From: Corynebacterium glutamicum ATCC 13032
GTDB taxonomy: Bacteria > Actinomycetota > Actinomycetes > Mycobacteriales > Mycobacteriaceae
Length of the DNA: 32,000 nt
NCBI RefSeq assembly: GCF_000011325.1
Contig: NC_003450.3
Coordinates: 1,920,001 to 1,952,000 of the forward strand
Direction of reading: 5' to 3'
The notes under the pieces were generated by a model. It did not search any database. It was not told where the DNA came from and saw nothing but the letters and a program-made list of their open reading frames with translations. Below are positions 16,070 to 24,604 of the stretch, piece after piece; the stretch's first letter is position 1; the number at the start of each line of letters is the position of its first letter. Both the position numbers and the translations under genes were made by a program.

Positions 16070-16282
16070 GTTTCTACTCCCTACAGTAAGCATTAAACTA
16101 TCATAAACCCTAAATTTAAATTTAGACTCAAATTCAATATAATCAATGAACCAACTATATAAAGACAAGTCGTACACGGATCATCTTTTATTTCAGTTCA
16201 GGAGACTGTCTCTAGAACCCTACTGTTGCGTGGGAAGCAGCGGGTCACCCTACTCCCACCAACAAAGACCCGGTGTGCTGGA

Positions 16283-16852
16283 ATGGACAGTGTGAAAACG
16301 TTCCATGTCTCACCTCTTCAGTGCACAGTATTGCTTATTGCTCCATTTCTCGCGGTAACACTAACCGCATGCGCCGATAGCGCTGAGCACCCTGTATCCC
16401 AAGATCTACCAAGCATCATCACAAGCACGGTCACTACGACAGTGTCCCCTGAGCAGAATCTCGACGTCAATAACGACCAAAGCAGTGTCAACGACAATGA
16501 CAATCAGAACCTACACGTCACGTCAGAGGGCGCCGGTGTACTCTTCTTGCGGTTAGACAACAACGTACCTTCCACAGATGCTGCTAACACAACGATTGAG
16601 GGAAAACTGATCTCCGGCCCTGGCGGTTGTCTTTCTGTTCAACCAGGTGGTCGACCAGAACTACTCATTTTTAACACCGACACCCGATTTAGTGACCATC
16701 CACCACAGGTAACCTTGGGTGAGAAAACAATCAAAATCGGAGAGCGATTTTCCTTAAACGCAATCGAAGTATCTTCTACGGACCTTACCGGAATCCCTGA
16801 TAAATGCTCTAACGGTGCCGCCGACAGGGCTTGGATTGTCGGTACGAAGTAA
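16283..16852 (+). CDS. lipoprotein, unknown function
   Basis: Signal/lipobox LLIAPFLAVTLTAC. The track ORF begins at TTG 16226, and the ATG at 16283 gives a canonical n-region. Confidence 0.75.
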   Translation: MDSVKTFHVSPLQCTVLLIAPFLAVTLTACADSAEHPVSQDLPSIITSTVTTTVSPEQNLDVNNDQSSVNDNDNQNLHVTSEGAGVLFLRLDNNVPSTDAANTTIEGKLISGPGGCLSVQPGGRPELLIFNTDTRFSDHPPQVTLGEKTIKIGERFSLNAIEVSSTDLTGIPDKCSNGAADRAWIVGTK

Positions 16853-17201
16853 AACAACAGCGCATTACCACTAATGCCTCAACGCGAAAAGCTCCTTGAT
16901 GTTTTGTGGGAGAGAATGCCTGGATGCCTAGAGAAAATCACTCAGCCTCACCTCTCCGGCATTCTTGTGGACAGCTAACCGGGTAGTCCCACATCATCTC
17001 TAGAAAAAGTCATCGAACTGCGTGATGTAGTACACTATCGCTCGTATACACCATTCACCATCACGTAACCAAATTCTTGCAGTACTAAGAAACCACTATT
17101 CTTGCTTCGCACTTGAAACACGAAAGAATACGTAGTATTAATTAAGTTTTTCAAGAGCTGATAACACTAATCTTCAATGAAAGCACTTAAAGGGGAGAAT
17201 C

Positions 17202-17414
17202 ATGGGGTACCTGGGAATTGATAGAGACAACGAAGAACACAACATCCACATTTGTACCACTGCAGATGCACTCTATGAAGCACAGGTATCGGTTTACGAG
17301 ATCCATAGAGTTTTAGCAAAATTTTGGAATTTGACATGCCATCAAATTGAAGAAATCCTCGACATTGTCGATGAAGCGCGGCGAGATCGTAGAGCGCTAG
17401 GAGTCGATATCTAA
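17202..17414 (+). CDS. hypothetical small cytoplasmic protein (70 aa)
   Basis: Strong SD aaaggggag 5-6 nt upstream of the ATG. AT-rich promoter-like upstream region. Confidence 0.6.
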   Translation: MGYLGIDRDNEEHNIHICTTADALYEAQVSVYEIHRVLAKFWNLTCHQIEEILDIVDEARRDRRALGVDI

Positions 17415-17482
17415 CTTCGCCGAAAGTTGATGCATCTTGGTGGCATGACTCACTGAGCTCACGGTGTTAAAGAGCAGGAAAA

Positions 17483-18019
17483 CTAGCCCATTGCATCGTC
17501 TGCATCGTCTGCATCGTCTGCACCGTCCGGCAAAAAATAGAATTCTGCTTCTAGCTCTTTCCGTAATTCGGACGGATCTTTTCCAGCGATGGCGGTACTA
17601 CAGAAAACAGATAGATCATCTGTGTCGTTAGACTCATTAACCTGGGTGCATGTGAAATTGAGATCCACTAAAACACCATCAGCATCGCTGAGGGAAACCC
17701 CTCGATCCTGGACAAGGTATCTGCGCGCTTGAGACATACCTTGACGTATTTCTCCATGTTCAAAGCGCACGCGATATAACTCTTGTTGAGTCAACCCGTA
17801 AGCCAACTCGTATAGTGCCATTCGTTCTGGGTCTATATCAGGTGACTCACGTAGTGGGCTAGGTGTCAACGTTGTCCATTGCACATCAGATTCGTCGTCG
17901 TTCAAGGGTGAAACACTGTTTGGGGCATCGGAGGAAGCGCAACTCGCAACGCCCCACATTGACACGCTAACGGATAGAACCAACCAGGGCATCATCCTCA
18001 TATCACTAAGCATTGACAC
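17483..18019 (-). CDS. lipoprotein with a C-terminal (DDA)n tail
   Basis: Lipobox VSMWGVASC. Start ambiguous (GTG 18019 or several ATGs). The C-terminus is DGADDADDADDAMG. Confidence 0.75.
   Translation of the reverse strand: MSMLSDMRMMPWLVLSVSVSMWGVASCASSDAPNSVSPLNDDESDVQWTTLTPSPLRESPDIDPERMALYELAYGLTQQELYRVRFEHGEIRQGMSQARRYLVQDRGVSLSDADGVLVDLNFTCTQVNESNDTDDLSVFCSTAIAGKDPSELRKELEAEFYFLPDGADDADDADDAMG
17493..17528. repeat. 9-bp tandem repeat gcatcgtct x3 (+1 degenerate unit) encoding the DDA repeats
   Basis: Read directly: gcatcgtct gcatcgtct gcatcgtct gcaccgtcc. Confidence 0.9.
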
Positions 18020-18527
18020 AATGCACTGCCCTACCTCTCCTGATTTTTGACTACACCGCGGACAGCTATGAGCGCGTGATCCGCTCTAAAAATAGCCACA
18101 CAGTTTAAGTTGATGAGCACCTGAAAATCAGCTCAGTCCACTACTTACATCAGTGAATACTTCTTTGATGTTACGTCACTAAAAAATGCTTGATGCGAAT
18201 ATCAAGAGAATATGACAGGCTTCATACACGCCCCACTAGTGTTATACCCATGGCTAATTCTGACTGCAGTGACTTATCTACGTTTACCACTCCGCAACAC
18301 AGATTAAAGCACTCGATATTGAGAGCTTTTACAGCTGACCATGCGCTGTCGTTCTTTCAGTGGCACAACCCGACCTAAGTTCAATGTTTCATTTTACCGA
18401 GACACATGACGTCATTATCTAACTCTCAACCACCCTTACTTAGCGGGTATCATGTCTGCGTTGTCCAATCAGGCTATGACTTTTTCTTGGCGCTGCACAT
18501 CAACAAACCCACCGCCAACCACGTCGC

Positions 18528-19076
18528 CTACCGCTTCGCCAGGTGTTTCTTCTCCACCGCAGCAAGACCTTCTTCCACAGTCTGCGGACCCTTCTTCGCA
18601 GCTAACTCTTTCGCCTCTACTGCAGCAAGCTCCTCTTTCTTGCGGGTAGATTTTTCTCCCAACCTTTCTTCCCGGTGCTCTGCCCGCGCCTGCATCGCCA
18701 CCACATCCAAATCAGCAGTACCTGTGGTCACAGTGCCACCGCCGTAATGACTGTCTCGTTTAAAACGCTTCTTACCACGTTGTGCTTCTGTTGCTCGGCG
18801 TTTCTTCATATACGGATTCACACCGAGGGCAAGATTCGTTTCAAAAACTACGTTGGTAGCACCGCGGCGAAGATAACTTGCACCGGAATTATGCGTGGTT
18901 ACAAGACGTGCCAAATCCATGGGAATCGTGCTGTTCAGTAGCTGTTGGTACACACCGACCGCGTCAGCATCCATAGGGCCAAGAATGGTGTACGACGCAC
19001 GCGGAAACATATTAAAACCATCTGTATTAAGCATCCCATCGGCAGATCCGTACAGATAAGCCACTCGCCCACCGCG
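18528..19076 (-). pseudogene. C-terminal third (~183 codons) of a second VirB4-like gene; 5' two-thirds missing
   Basis: RGGRVAYLYGSADGML...LAKR* aligns end to end with residues ~628-810 of the 29018..31450 product. By eye this is roughly two-thirds to three-quarters identity, with the same LAKR* end. An in-frame TAA at 19077-19079 and loss of DNA homology mark the break. Confidence 0.85.
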
Positions 19077-19193
19077 TTATCTGATGCGGAAAACAATGCT
19101 GAACTCACCACTGCACAGATTCTGCACATTGACCCCGTCACCGGTGTGGCCATCCCACGTCAAAACATTCTGCTGGGTGAGGATTTTCAGACT

Positions 19194-20138
19194 ATGGCCA
19201 GCTCTTTTAGTCAAATCCGCCATGGATGGGGTATCACCCAGCTCATCGGACAAGACCCCAACAGAAACCAACCAATCCGCTCTGCTGATACGTGGACAGT
19301 GACTGGATCGACTGGACTCACCGGCTTTAATACTGCTACGCATAATACAGATGACACAGACGCCACTGCCGCATATACCATGCCGGCAAGCGATCCTGCC
19401 GTAGGACTATGCGCACTGGAATCCAACAAAGACGCACCGGTGGATGAATTTCGCGATCTCAGCCTCAGTGCTTTACGTACCGCTACGGTCATGTCAAGCT
19501 CTGGCTCCGCCGTGATTACTATGCATGATCCTATGGTCATGAGCACCACTGGCGCATTGGAAGCACGTGCATACGTTGACGGCGAAGTCATCAACCAGCA
19601 CGATCTTGACTCACTGCGTGACCAGCTAGGTATTACTACAGACAGCGCAGATACCACCCCTGCCCTACCTGCTGATCCCTTGGCAGCATTGGGCTTGAGC
19701 ACACCAACTACATCAGCTCTTGTCCCAGGTCTTGCCGAGCTGGACTGCCTCAACACTGATCAAGCTCGCACCTGGCATGACCGTGACAACAGCATTGGCA
19801 CTGGTAAACCAGCTATTCTTGCCGTGATTAACGCCGAGCTCGCTGATGATTACACCCTGCAGATCCTCAAAAATAGCACTGCGACCCCCACCGACTCCAC
19901 CGACTCCAGCGATACTGCTGAACGCTTCGTAGCGCAGCTACCTGCGGAAACAGCCTTTGTGCTTATTGATCCGGACATCGGCGCTGTGACCGATCTGTTC
20001 TTTATCAACAGCATAAATCAGGATCTCCCCGCACCGACAACCCAGATCAACTCAGTAGCGGTAGATCAACGTGACCCCAACATCATCTACGCGACCTTTG
20101 CCAATGATGACCGCGTGTACCAGCTCATGCTGGGTTAA
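19194..20138 (+). CDS. hypothetical acidic, Thr/Asp-rich cytoplasmic protein (314 aa)
   Basis: Long ORF. The part of the track ORF upstream of 19077 overlaps the pseudogene on the other strand, so I place the start at ATG 19194 (gtgagga 10 nt upstream). The antisense ORF 19211..19756 is R/S-rich and looks like an artefact. Confidence 0.65.
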   Translation: MASSFSQIRHGWGITQLIGQDPNRNQPIRSADTWTVTGSTGLTGFNTATHNTDDTDATAAYTMPASDPAVGLCALESNKDAPVDEFRDLSLSALRTATVMSSSGSAVITMHDPMVMSTTGALEARAYVDGEVINQHDLDSLRDQLGITTDSADTTPALPADPLAALGLSTPTTSALVPGLAELDCLNTDQARTWHDRDNSIGTGKPAILAVINAELADDYTLQILKNSTATPTDSTDSSDTAERFVAQLPAETAFVLIDPDIGAVTDLFFINSINQDLPAPTTQINSVAVDQRDPNIIYATFANDDRVYQLMLG

Positions 20139-20180
20139 CCGCGACCCGTTTTTATCTGTGCTGATCCGCGCCGTGCCAAC

Positions 20181-20206
20181 TCGCACTGGGTCGCACTGGG
20201 TCGCAC
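20181..20206. repeat. 10-bp direct repeat tcgcactggg x2.6 upstream of the 20257 gene
   Basis: tcgcactggg tcgcactggg tcgcac, followed by an acacatacacaca tract. Confidence 0.8.
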
Positions 20207-20256
20207 AACCGCATACACATACACACAATTAATCACCCTCAACACGAAGATTTATC

Positions 20257-20847
20257 ATGACATTTTTGCACCGTTCCGCCAGTTTCCACCCTCGTACCCA
20301 CGATCACCTCAGCGAGCTCGGTCTTGATCCTTATAAGCTCTCTCAAGACATCCCCACTGTTATTTATGAAGTCCAGCCGCACAGTGTGTTCATTTTAAAA
20401 TTCAACACTGCCGATGTTCGGGTCTATCAGGAACACTCCGATCTCTTTGTGCGACATGCTGTGCTTGTTGATCCAGAACAGCGTAAACATGAGCATGACC
20501 AGCTCCTTAAAGAGATTCTCGACCTCGATGCCCCTCGTGTCAACGATGATATTAGTGGTCGCACGACAGTGTTTCTCCACGATAAAACAGTTGTTACGCA
20601 CAGTGGTGGCCCCATTGCGATTATTCCGCACAATCCCGATGTCGCCAGCGCCGCTGCGTCAGCTAATAAACACAAACAATCTGTGATGACAACATCCAGG
20701 CATCCTTATGCGCAGATGTCTCTCAGCGACATGCTGAAACAAGGCTTCACGCTCACACCTCTAGAGTTCCCCTACTGCGCTGTTGATGACCCCGACAGCT
20801 CACGCCACACAATGCACGTCATCAACGTTCGAGATCATACAGTGTGA
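20257..20847 (+). CDS. hypothetical His-rich cytoplasmic protein (196 aa)
   Basis: Clean ORF, with the other-frame and antisense ORFs being shorter. No motif recognised. Confidence 0.65.
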   Translation: MTFLHRSASFHPRTHDHLSELGLDPYKLSQDIPTVIYEVQPHSVFILKFNTADVRVYQEHSDLFVRHAVLVDPEQRKHEHDQLLKEILDLDAPRVNDDISGRTTVFLHDKTVVTHSGGPIAIIPHNPDVASAAASANKHKQSVMTTSRHPYAQMSLSDMLKQGFTLTPLEFPYCAVDDPDSSRHTMHVINVRDHTV

Positions 20848-21106
20848 ACTACCGCGCCGCTAGAGATGGTGCAGCTGTGTTTATAAATAAAAGCGTAATA
20901 GTTGTAAACCAGTGACAAATAATTTATGTTTCTCCACTAATCAGTGACAATGGTCCTCCCCGTATTGCTGGCACTGGTTCTTCCACACTGATTGGTTTAT
21001 CGTCAGAAGCCTTATTCTCCTCTTAACTACCATGAGGTAACCATCTAAAGTAGATGGTTGCAACAACTTTTCATTACATCAACATGTTTAAAAAAGGACA
21101 CTGATT

Positions 21107-21553
21107 ATGACTTACTTCGCACTCGTTGCTCGCAATTACGCTGAGACAGGTGTCTCTGTTGAATTCCATGAGGTCGATGATGACGCAGATAACTCAAATG
21201 GCCCCAACAACACAAGCAATTTACCTCTAAAACTTCTTCGAGATCACTCTTTTGATGCCACTGTTGTCTATGGTGACCTGGTGCTTCACACCTCAGCACA
21301 TCTCAGAGATACGGCTATCGCCAACTCAGACAACCGTCCGCGAGTAGTGACCACAGCTCAAAAATTCTTTGATTACATCCGCTTAGCCACCAGACACGGT
21401 GCTATCCACGACATGATCAATAACGCGCCAGATACCGGCACTGACATCGTTGTTATTACGGCCACTAATGATGCTCTTATTAGTGATGAATCAGAATACT
21501 ATGACGAGCTTTTTCATATTCTCGAATCCGCACAGGGTGTGATTCTTAAATGA
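21107..21553 (+). CDS. hypothetical acidic cytoplasmic protein (148 aa)
   Basis: SD aaaagga 9 nt upstream of the ATG. No motif recognised. Confidence 0.7.
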   Translation: MTYFALVARNYAETGVSVEFHEVDDDADNSNGPNNTSNLPLKLLRDHSFDATVVYGDLVLHTSAHLRDTAIANSDNRPRVVTTAQKFFDYIRLATRHGAIHDMINNAPDTGTDIVVITATNDALISDESEYYDELFHILESAQGVILK

Positions 21554-21660
21554 TTGATTAATTGATATGATTAACACTGAATCCCGAGCTATGCATGTTT
21601 ACTAAAAAACTCCAAATTTCGGAATGAGCGCCAAGAATCACGTCCTTGACCGTTTAAGTC

Positions 21661-21703
21661 GTTAACCTTGTCCAGCCAACTAGAATGGCTAAACAAGGTT
21701 AAC
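21661..21703. terminator. bidirectional hairpin between convergent genes
   Basis: gttaaccttgt ... acaaggttaac, with inner agcc/ggct pairing. It lies between the stops at 21553 (+) and 21729 (-). Confidence 0.5.
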
Positions 21704-21728
21704 AACAGTGTTTCAAACTAAAAAACGA

Positions 21729-22430
21729 TTAGTAGTAGACGTTAAGCACCACTGAATTCGGAAATGATCTAGCGACAACGCGGTGAGTTCCTGCAGAAGA
21801 ACTAATTGGTCCCACCCATGGAATATTTGGAAAAGCAACAAGGTTAACATCACCATAGAAGGCCGCAAGACCACCCTCTATACCTCCACGTGGATTGCTT
21901 GTCGTCACTGCCAATCCTGGAGCACTGTTATACTTTACGTAACTGCGAGGATTGCTGACAGAAGTAGCGATTCCTACATTGGAGTAGTAGGTTCCACCAG
22001 TACAAACCTTTAGGACTTCAATTCCGTAGAGAGTATTCGTTAAACACCCCTCAATATAATCAGAACCCTGCCAGGCTGCTGGAGAAATGACATTTGGATC
22101 TTCGTCGCCTACGTTGTCCGTCTGAACCACTTCAACATTATCTGGGAGAATTTCTTCTCCAGAGACCGACCTCAGCACTGCATCACTAGCTAAAAGACTC
22201 TTGAAGCCCTCTAGTTCGCTCGGAGTGAAATTGGAAATTTTTTCTGCATTAGCTATAGCCTCTGGCACTCCATTGGCCACGTCCTCTGCAGTTGTACGTT
22301 CGAATTCTGCAAATGCGAGATCTACTGCTGAGACATCTCCGGATACCTCTTCAGCAGAAGAGACAGAATTCATGAGAGTGGCAGTCGCAATAAGAGCAAC
22401 AATTCCACCGGTAACTGTTTTTCGTAACAT
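21729..22430 (-). CDS. secreted protein, unknown function
   Basis: ATG 22430 (MLRKTVTGGIVALIATATLMNSVSSA) has gaaaggaa upstream and gives a canonical signal peptide. The C-terminal half looks beta-rich with 2 Cys. Confidence 0.8.
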   Translation of the reverse strand: MLRKTVTGGIVALIATATLMNSVSSAEEVSGDVSAVDLAFAEFERTTAEDVANGVPEAIANAEKISNFTPSELEGFKSLLASDAVLRSVSGEEILPDNVEVVQTDNVGDEDPNVISPAAWQGSDYIEGCLTNTLYGIEVLKVCTGGTYYSNVGIATSVSNPRSYVKYNSAPGLAVTTSNPRGGIEGGLAAFYGDVNLVAFPNIPWVGPISSSAGTHRVVARSFPNSVVLNVYY

Positions 22431-22509
22431 CGGGATTCCTTTCTGTTTTGCCGATGACCACATCTGACTGTATGATTGACTCACCTTTATTTCCAGTCTT
22501 GTAATAAGA

Positions 22510-22815
22510 ATGTTACAAATGATCGAAACGTATGACCACTACATTGTCGAAAAGCAGGGGAGTAAACCACAGGTGAATGTCGCTAACGAAATCAATACGT
22601 CAAACAATATCCCCCTTCCGGAAATGTATTCAGTTTTCCTTCTTGCTTTCGTGGTTTTAGTCATCGCAACCGCCCTGCTCACCGCGATTTTAGAGTGGCG
22701 AAACTCTCATTCTTTACCGTTAGCAACCCTATGGGGTCTCATCAGCTGCGCCTTACCTTTTGCGGGGCCACTTTTCTGGATTGTTATAAGCTACTTTAAG
22801 AATAGAAAAAAATAA
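22510..22815 (+). CDS. small 2-TM membrane protein, PLD-nuclease N-terminal (PLDc_N)-like
   Basis: Two hydrophobic helices, the second ending LPFAGPLFWIVISYFKNRKK, which resembles the lP.lGpi.Y motif of PLDc_N small membrane proteins. Confidence 0.55.
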   Translation: MLQMIETYDHYIVEKQGSKPQVNVANEINTSNNIPLPEMYSVFLLAFVVLVIATALLTAILEWRNSHSLPLATLWGLISCALPFAGPLFWIVISYFKNRKK

Positions 22816-23094
22816 AAGAATCAAAGCGAAGTGCTATTTACTTGATTCACCCGTTGATAAATATTTATTCATATATTGAAGTTCTCGGCATACATTCCCC
22901 ATAAAGCTCATAAACTCTGTGTCGTGACCTCTCAGATTATTATGATGAGTTTTCCCTTTTCCACGTAATTGAATTAGCACGAAGGGCGATTCCCAAATGA
23001 CCAATGGGTCGGATCGCCTTTTTGCTCATGCTCAGCTCACTGGCGTACAGCGCACAGTTACATTTCGACCAGATAGCGCACTGGATGCACTGTC

Positions 23095-23313
23095 GTGATT
23101 ACTTACTTCTCAGCTATAGACATACTTTCGCTACTTATTCTCAGCGTCATTATGCTCATCTGCAGTGCGCCAGTCTTATTAGTCATCTTTCGCAGCAACA
23201 GTCCTGACGACCTCATCGCAGCACTCATCCTGACAGCGTTGTTGGGTTTTCTCGCTGTCAATTTTGTACTCCCCACACTCGCAGACATCGGCTGCACGCT
23301 GTGCGAGCTTTAA
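23095..23313 (+). CDS. small 2-TM membrane protein (72 aa)
   Basis: Hydrophobic pattern ILSLLILSVIMLICSAPVLLVIF ... LILTALLGFLAVNFVL. The start context is weak. Confidence 0.4.
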   Translation: MITYFSAIDILSLLILSVIMLICSAPVLLVIFRSNSPDDLIAALILTALLGFLAVNFVLPTLADIGCTLCEL

Positions 23314-23344
23314 ACCAGTACCCCAACCAGAAAGTGACTACGAC

Positions 23345-23656
23345 ATGAGCGCAAAATCCCCTACCCCACAGCCTCCGTACGAAATACCATCATTCCGGAA
23401 AAGACGCCTAATCACTACCGGATTATTAACAATCACAACATTGTGGTTCATCTACTTTTATGTGGATCTAGTAAGCGCCACTACGCTACTTACGCTGCCG
23501 GTGATTATCGCTGCACCATTGATCATGGTCTACATCTGGTACCACGAATTCACATACTATGCTCGTGTCCGCAAAAACAATAAGCTTTACAAGGCTCTCT
23601 ATGGGCACCTCCAAAACCATCAACATCCTGAAAATACGGATACTCCACCCATGTAA
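23345..23656 (+). CDS. 2-TM membrane protein (103 aa)
   Basis: The ATG at 23345 avoids overlap with the previous ORF. TM helices at LITTGLLTITTLWFIYFYV and LLTLPVIIAAPLIMVYIW. Confidence 0.55.
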   Translation: MSAKSPTPQPPYEIPSFRKRRLITTGLLTITTLWFIYFYVDLVSATTLLTLPVIIAAPLIMVYIWYHEFTYYARVRKNNKLYKALYGHLQNHQHPENTDTPPM

Positions 23657-23723
23657 ATAGTCACTAAGATTTAGTCACAGTGACTGTAATGGCTCAAGCC
23701 TCTACAACACCTTCAACACAAAA

Positions 23724-23757
23724 AACACCCCGGTTGAAAACTCTTAACCGGGGTGTT
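23724..23757 (+). terminator. hairpin (12-bp stem) after the 23345..23656 gene
   Basis: aacaccccggtt-gaaaactct-(t)aaccggggtgtt. No T-tract on the plus strand. Its position argues that the next gene starts at 23791. Confidence 0.4.
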
Positions 23758-23790
23758 GCTCATATCTCAAAAAAGAAAGGACCAACAATC

Positions 23791-24567
23791 ATGCTTTATT
23801 ATCTCGCTGCTGCTGTGGACACAACACCCCGTGACACCATGACCATGGGTGAAGTCTTCATTATGACCTGCCTAACATTTATTGTGATCATAAGCTTTTT
23901 CGGAATGGTATACGCCATAGCACGCCTAATTGAACATTTAATTTACCAACAATGGCGCTCGTTCATGACGTCTGCGTGTTGGCTCATAATTAGCTCGGTC
24001 GTTTCCCTCATCAGTTATGGTATAGCTTTAAACAAAAGCGATAACAATGAACCGATGGTGTCTACGACAGAACCGACTCCCCCACCCACTAACACCCCAC
24101 CAGAAAATAACACCTCGACCGAACCTATGGACTGGTCGATCATTATTAATGTGCTTGCCGTTGCTACTGTCGTGATACTCACCCTTATCATCGCAGCTGC
24201 ATTATATAGGGGTTTCACACGCAACAAAATAAAAAAACTTGAAGCTATACGAGAAGCCCAGCAACACGAACGCGACAATCCCACTATCCGCATTGCTGAT
24301 CTTCGCGGCATCATGGATACTCACCACTACATCTACACCGACGTCATGGTTACACGTGCACATGAACTCATGATTACTGCACCCGCATTCTTTGATGTCA
24401 CTCTCCCCGAAGCAGTGCTCTACGAAGATACTAAACGTGCTGCTCATGATGCCCTTAACGGCTATAAAGACACCACTGTCGCTAGTGCAGAGAAGATCAT
24501 GCTTGTAGATGCAGTCACCGCAGCATGGACTCTCTATTCCACAAAAGCAAACACCGGATCCACGTGA
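23791..24567 (+). CDS. membrane protein with a Pro/Thr-rich linker (258 aa)
   Basis: ATG 23791 has gaaagga 10 nt upstream. Three to four TM helices, a TEPTPPPTNTPPENNTSTEP linker, and a cytoplasmic C-terminal domain. Confidence 0.7.
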   Translation: MLYYLAAAVDTTPRDTMTMGEVFIMTCLTFIVIISFFGMVYAIARLIEHLIYQQWRSFMTSACWLIISSVVSLISYGIALNKSDNNEPMVSTTEPTPPPTNTPPENNTSTEPMDWSIIINVLAVATVVILTLIIAAALYRGFTRNKIKKLEAIREAQQHERDNPTIRIADLRGIMDTHHYIYTDVMVTRAHELMITAPAFFDVTLPEAVLYEDTKRAAHDALNGYKDTTVASAEKIMLVDAVTAAWTLYSTKANTGST

Positions 24568-24604
24568 TCCGAGAGCCGAGTACCGCTTAAGTCTCAGGCA
24601 TAAA

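Noticed and set aside
18945-19193. 5' extension of the 19194..20138 ORF (the track gives a 397-aa ORF starting at 18945), and the antisense ORF 19211..19756.
   Set aside because: The first ~45 codons overlap the VirB4-like remnant on the opposite strand, where the homology explains the sequence. The first ATG after the breakpoint (19194) has an SD. The 181-aa antisense ORF is Ser/Arg-rich shadow sequence.
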